Below are positions 53,501 through 64,000 of a DNA stretch of 64,000 nucleotides, piece after piece; positions within the stretch are counted from its first letter, which is position 1; every line of letters starts with the position of its first letter. The DNA is from Eledone cirrhosa (taxonomy: Eukaryota). The notes beneath the pieces were generated by a model. That model saw only the letters and a list, made by a program, of their open reading frames with translations. It did no database searches and had not been told where the DNA came from. The translations under genes were made by a program, and so were the position numbers. The stretch spans positions 46,810,001-46,874,000 of the forward strand of contig OZ024740.1 in the NCBI GenBank assembly GCA_964016885.1. The letters run 5' to 3'.

Positions 53501-54730
53501 GATTCAGGGAAGGAATTGGGGAATGAAGGAAAGTAGGAAGGAAGGTAGGAAGGATTCAGGGAAGGAATGGGGGAATGAAGGAAAGTAGGAAGAAAGGTAG
53601 GTAGGATTCAGGGAAGGAATGGGGGAATGAAGGAAAGCAGGAAGGAAGGTAGGAAGGATTTAGGGAAGGAATGGGGGAATGAAGGAAAGTAGGAAGAAAG
53701 GTAGGAAGGATTCAGAGAAGGAATGGGGGAATGAAGGAAAGTAGGAAGGAAGGTAAGAAAGATTCAGGGAAGGAATGGGGGAATGAAGGAGAGTGGGAAG
53801 AAAGGTAAGAAGGAATCAGGGAAGGAATGGGGAATGAAGGAAAGTAGGAAGGTAGGTAGGAAGGATTCAGGGAAGGAATGGGGGAATGAAGGAAAGTAGG
53901 AAGGAAGGTAGGAAGGATTCAGGGAAGGAATGGGGAATGAAGGAAAGCAGGAAGAAAGGTAGGAAGGATTCAGGGAAGGAAAGCAGAGAGGAAGGTAGGA
54001 AGGATTCAGGGAAGGAATGGAGGAATGAAGGAAAGTAGGAAGGAAAGTAGGAAGGAAGGATTCAGGTATGGAATGGGGGAATGAAGGAAAGCAGGAAGGA
54101 AGGTAGGAAGGATTTAGGGAAGGAATGGGGAAATGACGGAAAGTAGGAAGAAAGGTAGGAAGGATTTAGGGAAGGAATGGGGGAATGAAGGAAAGCAGGT
54201 TGGAAGGTAGGAAGGATTTAGGGAAGGAATGGGGGAATGAAGGAAAGTAGGAAGAAAGGTAGGAAGGATTCAGGGAAAGAATTGGGGAATGAAGGAAAGT
54301 AGGAAGGAAGGTAGGAAGGATTAAGGGAAGGAATGGGGGACTGAAGGAAAGTAGGAAGGAAGGTAGGTAGGATTAAGGGAAGGAATGGGGAATGAAGGAA
54401 AGTAGGAAGGAAGAAGGAAGGTAGGAAGGATTCAGGTAAGGAATGGGGGAATGAAGGAAAGTAGGAAGGAAGGTAGGAAGGATTCAGGGAAGGAATGGGG
54501 GAATGAAGTAAAGTAGGAAGGAAGTTAGGAAGGATTCAGGGACGGAATGGGGGAATGAAGGAAAGTAGGAACGTAGGTAGGATGGATTCAGGGAAGGAAT
54601 GGGGGAATGAAGGAAAGTAGGAAGGAAGGTAGGAAGGATTCAGGGAAGGAATGGGGGAATGAAAGAAAGCAGGAAGGAAGGTAGGAAGGATTCAGGGAAG
54701 GAAAGCAGGGAGGAAGGTAGGAAGGATTCA
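44530..54730 (+). repeat. Near-tandem 5,354-bp-period duplication (about 44530-49378 vs about 49885-54730)
   Basis: ACG 44586/49940, TTAAGTAAAG 45190/50544, GGTACGAA (ACG) 45716/51070 and GAATTC 46562/51916 are all +5354. AGGTATGG 48711/54064 and CAGGTTGG 48843/54196 are +5353. Confidence 0.9.
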
Positions 54731-57700
54731 GGGAAGGAATGGAGGAATGAAGGAAAGTAGGAAGAAAGGTAGGAATGATTTTGGGAAGGAATGGGGGAAT
54801 GAAGGAAAGTAGGAAGGAAGGATTCAGGGAAGGAATGGGGGAATGAAGGAAAGTAGGAAGGAAGAAGGAAGGTAGGAAGGATTCAGGTAAGGAATGGGGG
54901 AATGAAGGAAAGTAGGAAGGATTCAGGGAAGGATTCAGGGAAGGAATGGGGGAATGAAGGAAAGTAGGAAGGAAGGTAGGAAGGATTCAGGGAAGGAATG
55001 GGGGAATGAAGGAAAGTAGGAAGGAAGGTAGGACGGATTCAGGGAAGGAATGGGGGAATGAAGAAAAGTAGGGAGGAAGGTAGGAAGGATTCAGGGAAGG
55101 AATGGGGAAATGAAGGAAAGTAGGAAGGAAGGTAGGTAGGATTCAGAGAAGGAATGGGGGAATGAAGGAAAGAAGGAAGGAAGGTAGGAAGGATTCAGGG
55201 ATGGAATGGGGGAATGAAGGAAAGCTGGAAGGAAGGTAGGAAGGATTTAGGGAAGGAATGGGGAATGAAGGAAAGTAGGAAGAAAGGTAGGAAGGATTTA
55301 GGGAAAGAATGGGGGAATGAAGGAAAGCAGGAAGGAAGGTAGGAAGGATTTAGGGAAGGAATGGGGGAATGAAGGAAAGTAGGAAGAAAGGTAGGAAGGA
55401 TTCAGGGAAGGAATGGGGGAATGAAGGAAAGCAGGAAGGAAGGTAGGAAGGATTCAGGGAAGGAATGGGGAATGAAGGAAAGTAGGAAGAAAGGTAGGAA
55501 GGATTTAGGGAAAGAATGGGGGAATGAAGGAAAGCAGGAAGGAAGGTAGGAAGGATTTAGGGAAGGAATGGGGGAATGAAGGAAAGTAGGAAGGAAGGTA
55601 GGAAGGATTCAGGGAAGGAATGTGGAAATGAAGGAAAGTAGGAAGAAAGGTAGGAAGGATTCAGGGAAGGATGGGGGAATGAAGGAAAGTAGGTAGGAAG
55701 GTAGGTAGGATTCAGGGAAGGAATGGGGAATGAAGGAAAGTAGGAAGGAAGGTAGGTAGGATTCAGGGAAGGAATTCGGAATGTAGGAAAGTAGGAAGGA
55801 AGGTAGGAAGCATTCAGCGAAGGAATGTGGAATCAAGGAATGTAGGAAGGAAGGTAGGAAGTATTCAGGGAAGGATGGGGGAATGAAGGAAAGTAGGTAG
55901 GAAGGTAGGTAGGATTCAGGAAAGGAATGGGGGAATGAAGGAAACTAGGAAGGAAGGTAGGAAGGATTCAGGGAAGGAATGGGGAAATGAAGGAAAGTAG
56001 GAAGAAAGGTAGGAAGGATTCAGGGAAGGAATGGGGGAATGAAGGAAAGTAGGAAGAAAGGTAGGAAGGATTCAGGGAAGGAATGGGGAAATGAAGGAAA
56101 GTAGGAAGAAAGGTAGGAAGGATTCAGGGAAGGAATGGGGGAATGAAGGAAAGTAGGAAGGAAGGTAGGTAAGATTCAGGGAAGGAATGGTGGAGTGAAG
56201 GAAAGTAGGAAGAAAGGTAGGTAGGATTCAGGGAAGGAATGGGGGAATGAAGGAAATTAGGAAGGAAGGTAGGAAGGATTCAGTGAAGGAATGGGGGAAT
56301 GAAGGAAAGCAGGAAGAAAGGTAGGAAGGATTCAGAGAAGGAATGGGGGAATGAAGGAAAGTAGGAAGAAAGGTAGGAAGGATTCAGGGAAGGAATGGGG
56401 GAATGAAGTAAAGCAGGAAGGAAGGTAGGAAGGATTCAGGGAAGGAATGGGGGAATGAAGGAAAGTAAGAAGAAAGGTAGGAAGGATTCAGGGAAGGAAT
56501 GGGGGAATGAAGGAAAGTAGGAAGAAAGGTAGGAAGGATTCAGGAAGGAATGGGGGAATGAAGGAAAGTAGGAAGGAAGGTAGGGAGGATTCAGGGAAGG
56601 AATGGGGGAATGAAGGAAAGTAGGAAGGAAGGTAGGAACGATTCAGGGAAGGAATGGGGGAATGACGGAAAGTAGGAAGGAAGGTAGGAAAGATTCAGGG
56701 AAGGAATGGGGGAATGAAGGAAAGTAGGAAGGAAGGTAGGAAGGATTCAGGGAAGAAATGGGGGAATGAAGGAAAGTAGGAAGAAAGGTAGGAAGGATTC
56801 AGGGAAGGAATGGGGGAATGAAGGAAAGTAGGAAGAAAGGTAGGTAGGATTCAGGGAAGGAATGGGGGAATGAAGGAAAGCAGGAAGGAAGGTAGGAAGG
56901 ATTTAGGGAAGGAATGGGGGAATGAAGGAAAGTAGGAAGAAAGGTAGGAAGGATTCAGAGAAGGAATGGGGGAATGAAGGAAAGTAGGAAGGAAGGTAAG
57001 AAAGATTCAGGGAAGGAATGGGGGAATGAAGGAGAGTGGGAAGAAAGGTAGGAAGGATTCAGGGAAGGAATGGTAGAATGAAGGAAAGTAGGAAGGAAGG
57101 TTGGAAGGATTCAGGGAAGGAATGGGGGAATGAAGGAAAGTAGGAAGGAAGGTAAGAAGGAATCAGGGAAGGAATGGGGGAATGAAGGAAAGTAGGAAGG
57201 TAGGTAGGAAGGATTCAGGGAAGGAATGGGGGAATGAAGGAAAGTAGGAAGGAAGGTAGGAAGGATTCAGGGAAGGAATGGGGGAATGAAGGAAAGCAGG
57301 AAGAAAGGTAGGAAGGATTCAGGGAAGGAAAGCAGAGAGGAAGGTAGGAAGGATTCAGGGAAGGAATGGAGGAATGAAGGAAAGTAGGAAGAAAGGTAGG
57401 AAGGATTCAGGGAAGGAATGGGGGAATGAAGGAAAGTAGGAAGGAAAGTAGGAAGGAAGGATTCAGGGAAGGAATGGGGGAATGAAGGAAAGTAGGAAGG
57501 AAGGTAGGTAGGATTCAGGGAAGGAATTGGGGAATGAAGGAAAGTAGGAAGGAAGGTAGGAAGGATTCAGGGAAGGAATGGGGGAATGAAGGAAAGTAGG
57601 AAGAAAGGTAGGTAGGATTCAGGGAAGGAATGGGGGAATGAAGGAAAGTAGGAAGGAAGGTAAGAAAGATTCAGGGAAGGAATGGGGGAATGAAGGAGAG

Positions 57701-59845
57701 TGGGAAGAAAGGTAAGAAGGAATGAGGGAAGGAATGGGGGAATGAAGGAAAGTAGGAAGGTAGGTAGGAAGGATTCAGGGAAGGAATGGGGGAATGAAGG
57801 AAAGTAGGAAGGAAGGTAGGAAGGATTCAGGGAAGGAATGGGGGAATGAAGGAAAGCAGGAAGAAAGGTAGGAAGGATTCAGGGAAGGAAAGCAGAGAGG
57901 AAGGTAGGAAGGATTCAGGGAAGGAATGGAGGAATGAAGGAAAGTAGGAAGAAAGGTAGGAAGGATTCAGGGAAGGAATGGGGGAATGAAGGAAAGTAGG
58001 AAGGAAAGTAGGAAGGAAGGATTCAGGGAAGGAATGGGGGAATGAAGGAAAGTAGGAAGGAAGGTAGGTAGGATTCAGGGAAGGAATTGGGGAATGAAGG
58101 AAAGTAGGAAGGAAGGTAGGAAGGATTCAGGGAAGGAATGGGGGACTGAAGGAAAGTAGGAAGGAAGGTAGGTAGGATAAAGGGAAGGAAAGGGGAATGA
58201 AGGAAAGTAGGATGGAAGAAGGAAGGTAGGAGGGATTCAGGTAAGGAATGGGGGAATGAAGGAAAGTAGGAAGGATTCAGGGAAGGAATGGGGGAATGAA
58301 GGAAAGTAGGAAGGAATGTAGGAAGGATTCAGGGAAGGAATGGGGGAATGAAGGAAAGTAGGAAGGAAGGTAGGAAGGATTCAGGGAAGGAATGGGGGAA
58401 TGAAGGAAAGTAGGAAGGAAGGTAGGACGGATTCAGGGAAGGAATGGGGGAATGAAGAAAAGTAGGGAGGAAGGTAGGAAGGATTCAGGGAAGGAATGGG
58501 GGACTGAAGGAAAGTAGGAAGGAAGGTAGGTAGGATTCAGGGAAGGAATGGGGGAATGAAGGAAAGTAGGAAGGAAGGTGGGAAGGATTCAGGGATGGAA
58601 TGGGGGAATGAAGGAAAGCAGGAAGGAAGGTAGGAAGGATTTAGGGAAGGAATGGGGGAATGAAGGAAAGTAGGAAGAAAGGTAGGAAGGATTTAGGGAA
58701 GGAATGGGGGAATGAAGGAAAGCAGGATGGAAGGTAGGAAGGATTTAGGGAAGGAATGGGGGAATGAAGGAAAGTAGGAAGAAAGGTAGGAAGGATTCAG
58801 GGAAGGAATTGGGGAATGAAGGAAAGTAGGAAGGAAGGTAGGAAGGATTAAGGGAAGGAATGGGGGACTGAAGGAAAGTAGGAAGGAAGGTAGGTAGGAT
58901 TAAGGGAAGGAATGGGGAATGAAGGAAAGTAGGAAGGAAGAAGGAAGGTAGGAAGGATTCAGGTAAGGAATGGGGGAATGAAGGAAAGTAGGAAGGAAGG
59001 TAGGAAGGATTCAGGGAAGGAATGGGGGAATGAAGTAAAGTAGGAAGGAAGTTAGGAAGGATTCAGGGACGGAATGGGGGAATGAAGGAAAGTAGGAAGG
59101 AAGGTAGGACGGATTCAGGGAAGGAATGGGGGAATGAAGAAAAGTAGGAAGGAAGGTAGGTAGGATTCAGGGAAGGAATGGGGGAATGTAGGAAAGTAGG
59201 AAGGAAAGTAGGTAGGATTCAGAGAAGGAATGGGGAATGAAGGAAAGTAGGAAGAAAGGTAGGTAGGATTCAGGGAAGAATGGGGGAATGAAGGAAATTA
59301 GGAAGGAAGGTAGGAAGGATTCAGGGAAGGAATGGGGGAATGAAGGAAAGCAGGAAGAAAGGTAGGAAGGATTCAGGGAATGAATGGGGGAATGAAGTAC
59401 AGCAGGAAGGAAGGTAGGAAGGATTCAGGGAAGGAATGGGGGAATGAAGGAAAGTAAGAAGAAAGGTAGGAAGGATTCAGGGAAGGCATGGGGGAATGAA
59501 GGAAAGTAGGAAGAAAGGTAGGAAGGATTCAGGGAAGGAATGGGTGAATGAAGGAAAGTAGGAAGGAAGGTAGTTAGGATCCAGGGAAGGAATGGGGGAA
59601 TGAAGGAAAGTAGGAAGGAAAGTAGGAAGGAAAGTAGGAAGGAAGGATTCAGGGAAGGAATGGGGGAATGAAGGAAAGTAGGAAGGAAGGTAGGTAGGAT
59701 TCAGGGAAGGAATTGGGGAATGAAGGCAAGTAGGAAGGAAGGTAGGAAGGATTCAGGGAAGGAATGGGGGACTGAAGGAAAGTAGGAAGGAAGGTAGGTA
59801 GGATTCAGCGAAGGAATGGGGGAATGAAGGAAAGTAGGAAGAAAA

Positions 59846-62800
59846 GTAGGAAGGATTCAGGGAAGGAATGTGGGAATGAAGGAAAGTAGGAAGAAAGGTA
59901 GGAAGGATTCAGGGAAGGAATGGGGGAATGAAGGAAAGTAGGTAGGAAGGTAGGTAGGATTCAAGGAAGGAATGGGGAATGAAGGAAAGTAGGAAGGAAG
60001 GTAGGTAGGATTCAGGGAAGGAATGGGGGAATAAAGGAAAGTAAGAAGGAAGGTAGGTAGGATTCAGGGAAGGAATTCGGAATGAAGGAAAGTAGGAAGG
60101 AAGGTAGGAAGCATTCAGCGAAGGAATGTGGAATCAAGGAATGTAGGAAGGAAGGTAGGAAGTATTCAGGAAAGGAATGGGGGGAATGAAGGAAACTAGG
60201 AAGGAAGGTAGGAAGGATTCAGGGAAGGAATGGGGAAATGAAGGAAAGTAGGAAGAAAGGTAGGAAGGATTCAGGGAAGGAATGGGGGAATGAAGGAAAG
60301 TAGGAAGGAAGGTAGGTAAGATTCAGGGAAGGAATGGTGGAGTGAAGGAAAGTAGGAAGAAAGGTAGGTAGGATTCAGGGAAGGAATGGGGGAATGAAGG
60401 AAATTAGGAAGGAAGGTAGGAAGGATTCAGTGAAGGAATGGGGGAATGAAGGAAAGCAGGAAGAAAGGTAGGAAGGATTCAGGGAAGGAATGGGGGAATG
60501 AAGGAAAGTAGGAAGAAAGGTAGGAAGGATTCAGGGAAGGAATGGGGGAATGAAGTAAAGCAGGAAGGAAGGTAGGAAGGATTCAGGGAAGGAATGGGGG
60601 AATGAAGGAAAGTAAGAAGAAAGGTAGGAAAGATTCAGGGAAGGAATGGGGGAATGAAGGAAAGTAGGAAGAAAGGTAGGAAGGATTCAGGAAGGAATGG
60701 GGGAATGAAGGAAATTAGGAAGGAAGGTAGGGAGGATTCAGGGAAGGAATGGGGGAATGAAGGAAAGTAGGAAGGAAGGTAGGAACGATTCAGGGAAGGA
60801 ATGGGGGAATGACGGAAAGTAGGAAGGAAGGTAGGAAAGATTCAGGGAAGGAATGGGGGAATGAAGGAAAGTAGGAAGGAAGGTAGGAAGGATTCAGGGA
60901 AGAAATGGGGGAATGAAGGAAAGTAGGAAGGAAGGTAGGTAGGATTCAGGGAAGGAATGGGGGAATGAAGGAAAGTAGGAAGGAAGGTAGGAAGGATTCA
61001 GGGAAGGAATGTGGGAATGAAGGAAAGTAGGAAGAAAGGTAGGAAGGATTCAGGGAAGGAATGGGGGAATGAAGGAAAGTAGGTAGGAAGGTAGGTAGGA
61101 TTCAGGGAAGGAATGGGGAATTAAGGAAAGTAGGAAGGAAGGTAGGAAGGATTCAGGGAAGGAATGGGGGAATGAAGTAAAGCAGGAAGGAAGGTAGGAA
61201 GGATTCAGGGAAGGAATGGGGGAATGAAGGAAAGTAGGAAGGAAGGTAGGACGGATTCAGGGAAGGAATGGGGGAATGAAGAAAAGTAGGGAGGAAGGTA
61301 GGAAGGATTCAGGGAAGGAATGGGGGAATGAAGGAAAGTAGGAAGGAAGGTAGGTAGGATTCAGGGAAGGAATGGGGGAATGAAGGAAAGTAGGAAGGTA
61401 GGTGGGAAGGATTCAGGGATGGAATGGGGGAATGAAGGAAAGCAGGAAGGAAGGTAGGAAGGATTTAGGGAAGGAATGGGGGAATGAAGGAAAGTAGGAA
61501 GAAAGGTAGGAAGGATTTAGGGAAGGAATGGGGGAATGAAGGAAAGCAGGATGGAAGGTAGGAAGGATTTAGGGAAGGAATGGGGGAATGAAGGAAAGTA
61601 GGAAGAAAGGTAGGAAGGATTCAGGGAAGGAATTGGGGAATGAAGGAAAGTAGGAAGGAAGGTAGGAAGGATTAAGGGAAGGAATGGGGGACTGAAGGAA
61701 AGTAGGAAGGAAGGTAGGTAGGATTAAGGGAAGGAATGGGGAATGAAGGAAAGTAGGAAGGAAGAAGGAAGGTAGGAAGGATTCAGGTAAGGAATGGGGG
61801 AATGAAGGAAAGTAGGAAGGAAGGTAGGAAGGATTCAGGGAAGGAATGGGGGAATTAAGTAAAGTAGGAAGGAAGTTAGGAAGGATTCAGGGACGGAATG
61901 GGGGAATGAAGGAAAGTAGGAACGTAGGTAGGATGGATTCAGGGAAGGAATGGGGGAATGAAGGAAAGTAGGAAGGAAGGTAGGAAGGATTCAGGGAAGG
62001 AATGGGGGAATGAAAGAAAGCAGGAAGGAAGGTAGGAAGGATTCAGGGAAGGAAAGCAGGGAGGAAGGTAGGAAGGATTCAGGGAAGGAATGGAGGAATG
62101 AAGGAAAGTAGGAAGAAAGGTAGGAATGATTTTGGGAAGGAATGGGGGAATGAAGGAAAGTAGGAAGGAAGGATTCAGGGAAGGAATGGGGGAATGAAGG
62201 AAAGTAGGAAGGAAGAAGGAAGGTAGGAAGGATTCAGGTAAGGAATGGGGGAATGAAGGAAAGTAGGAAGGATTCAGGGAAGGATTCAGGGAAGGAATGG
62301 CGGAATGAAGGAAAGTAGGAAGGAAGGTAGGAAGGATTCAGGGAAGGAATGGGGGAATGAAGGAAAGTAGGAAGGAAGGTACGAAGGATTCAGGGAAGGA
62401 ATGGGGGAATGAAGGAAAGTAGGAAGGAAGGTAGGACGGATTCAGGGAAGGAATGGGGGAATGAAGAAAAGTAGGGAGGAAGGTAGGAAGGATTCAGGGA
62501 AGGAATGGGGAAATGAAGGAAAGTAGGAAGGAAGGTAGGTAGGATTCAGAGAAGGAATGGGGGAATGAAGGAAAGAAGGAAGGAAGGTAGGAAGGATTCA
62601 GGGATGGAATGGGGGAATGAAGGAAAGCTGGAAGGAAGGTAGGAAGGATTTAGGGAAGGAATGGGGAATGAAGGAAAGTAGGAAGAAAGGTAGGAAGGAT
62701 TTAGGGAAAGAATGGGGGAATGAAGGAAAGCAGGAAGGAAGGTAGGAAGGATTTAGGGAAGGAATGGGGGAATGAAGGAAAGTAGGAAGAAAGGTAGGAA

Positions 62801-64000
62801 GGATTCAGGGAAGGAATGGGGGAATGAAGGAAAGCAGGAAGGAAGGTAGGAAGGATTCAGGGAAGGAATGGGGAATGAAGGAAAGTAGGAAGAAAGGTAG
62901 GAAGGATTTAGGGAAAGAATGGGGGAATGAAGGAAAGCAGGAAGGAAGGTAGGAAGGATTTAGGGAAGGAATGGGGGAATGAAGGAAAGTAGGAAGGAAG
63001 GTAGGAAGGATTCAGGGAAGGAATGTGGGAATGAAGGAAAGTAGGAAGAAAGGTAGGAAGGATTCAGGGAAGGATGGGGGAATGAAGGAAAGTAGGTAGG
63101 AAGGTAGGTAGGATTCAGGGAAGGAATGGGGAATGAAGGAAAGTAGGAAGGAAGGTAGGTAGGATTCAGGGAAGGAATGGGGGAATAAAGGAAAGTAAGA
63201 AGGAAGGTAGGTAGGATTCAGGGAAGGAATTCGGAATGTAGGAAAGTAGGAAGGAAGGTAGGAAGCATTCAGCGAAGGAATGTGGAATCAAGGAATGTAG
63301 GAAGGAAGGTAGGAAGTATTCAGGAAAGGAATGGGGGAATGAAGGAAACTAGGAAGGAAGGTAGGAAGGATTCAGGGAAGGAATGGGGAAATGAAGGAAA
63401 GTAGGAAGAAAGGTAGGAAGGATTCAGGGAAGGAATGGGGGAATGAAGGAAAGTAGGAAGGAAGGTAGGTAAGATTCAGGGAAGGAATGGTGGAGTGAAG
63501 GAAAGTAGGAAGAAAGGTAGGTAGGATTCAGGGAAGGAATGGGGGAATGAAGGAAATTAGGAAGGAAGGTAGGAAGGATTCAGTGAAGGAATGGGGGAAT
63601 GAAGGAAAGCAGGAAGAAAGGTAGGAAGGATTCAGGGAAGGAATGGGGGAATGAAGGAAAGTAGGAAGAAAGGTAGGAAGGATTCAGGGAAGGAATGGGG
63701 GAATGAAGTAAAGCAGGAAGGAAGGTAGGAAGGATTCAGGGAAGGAATGGGGGAATGAAGGAAAGTAAGAAGAAAGGTAGGAAGGATTCAGGGAAGGAAT
63801 GGGGGAATGAAGGAAAGTAGGAAGAAAGGTAGGAAGGATTCAGGAAGGAATGGGGGAATGAAGGAAAGTAGGAAGGAAGGTAGCGAGGATTCAGGGAAGG
63901 AATGGGGGAATGAAGGAAAGTAGGAAGGAAGGTAGGAACGATTCAGGGAAGGAATGGGGGAATGACGGAAAGTAGGAAGGAAGGTAGGAAAGATTCAGGG
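59846..64000 (+). repeat. Near-identical copy of 43181-47335 at a constant 16,665-bp offset (runs off the window end)
   Basis: TCAAGG 43296/59961, GAATTC 43408/60073 and 46562/63227, TTAAG 44456/61121, ACG 45716/62381 and TAGCG 47216/63881 are all exactly +16665. Confidence 0.93.

Larger units (their letters stand above)
1..64000 (+). repeat. Purine-rich 52-bp tandem satellite array (GGAA/GGAAT-rich), head-to-tail, extending beyond both window edges
   Basis: The GATTC anchor recurs every 52 bp (e.g. 1092, 1144). The consensus GATTCAGGGAAGGAATGGGGGAATGAAGGAAAGTAGGAAGGAAGGTAGGAAG is seen throughout. No non-repeat sequence or strand switch was seen. Confidence 0.98.

Noticed and set aside
24039-55836. 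Minus-strand Pro/Ser/Phe/Leu-rich ORFs (65-137 aa) and the + strand ORF at 42238-42456
   Set aside because: The pyrimidine-rich strand has few stop codons by composition, and ORF length follows monomer length variants (e.g. the 51-mers). There is no evidence of coding function.
1-64000. CRISPR-like repeat-spacer array
   Set aside because: There are no unique spacers, because the whole monomer is repeated. The repeat is not palindromic, and there are no cas genes or leader.
1-64000. Telomeric repeat array (TTAGGG occurs in GATTTAGGG variants)
   Set aside because: TTAGGG/TTTAGGG arises only as isolated C>T or C>A variants of GATTCAGGG and is never tandem.
1-64000. Human satellite 2/3 (GGAAT)n or immunoglobulin switch region
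   Set aside because: There are only two GGAAT per 52 bp on a 4-bp rather than 5-bp register. The array lacks the dense AGCT/GAGCT-GGGGT motifs of switch regions and is much longer than they are.
1-64000. Shine-Dalgarno-like AGGA/GGAG motifs upstream of ATG
   Set aside because: These are a by-product of the GA-rich composition. The ATGs run into stops within a few codons in consensus monomers, and there is no prokaryotic gene structure.
1-64000. Embedded transposon, inversion or unique island
   Set aside because: On reading through, every segment parsed as same-strand monomer variants. I saw no C/T-rich inverted tract or foreign sequence, although a very short insert could have been missed by eye.

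Overview
The whole 64 kb window is one uninterrupted, single-orientation tandem satellite array. I see no genes, RNA genes, transposon fragments, unique spacers or inversions. The consensus monomer is 52 bp: GATTCAGGGAAGGAATGGGGGAATGAAGGAAAGTAGGAAGGAAGGTAGGAAG (24 G, 21 A, 6 T, 1 C; about 87% purine on the + strand; no CpG), present in roughly 1,200-1,250 copies. It parses into 13 GAAG-like tetramers (4 x 12 bp + 4 bp), which suggests descent from a (GGAA)n microsatellite. Diagnostic variant monomers show a hierarchy of higher-order structure. (1) A young, homogenised higher-order-repeat domain at about 3-20 kb has 2.3-2.9 kb units and a 4,912-4,913 bp super-period. (2) Tandem duplications have periods of 780, 1,573, about 3,918 and 5,354 bp. 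(3) Dispersed block duplicates lie at offsets of about 13.35, 16.665, about 23 and about 27 kb. (4) A degenerate, probably older zone lies at about 40-43 kb. All listed ORFs are translation artefacts of the repeat. The size and structure look like eukaryotic heterochromatic satellite DNA, but the organism and function cannot be determined from the sequence alone. All offsets were counted by hand from marker motifs.
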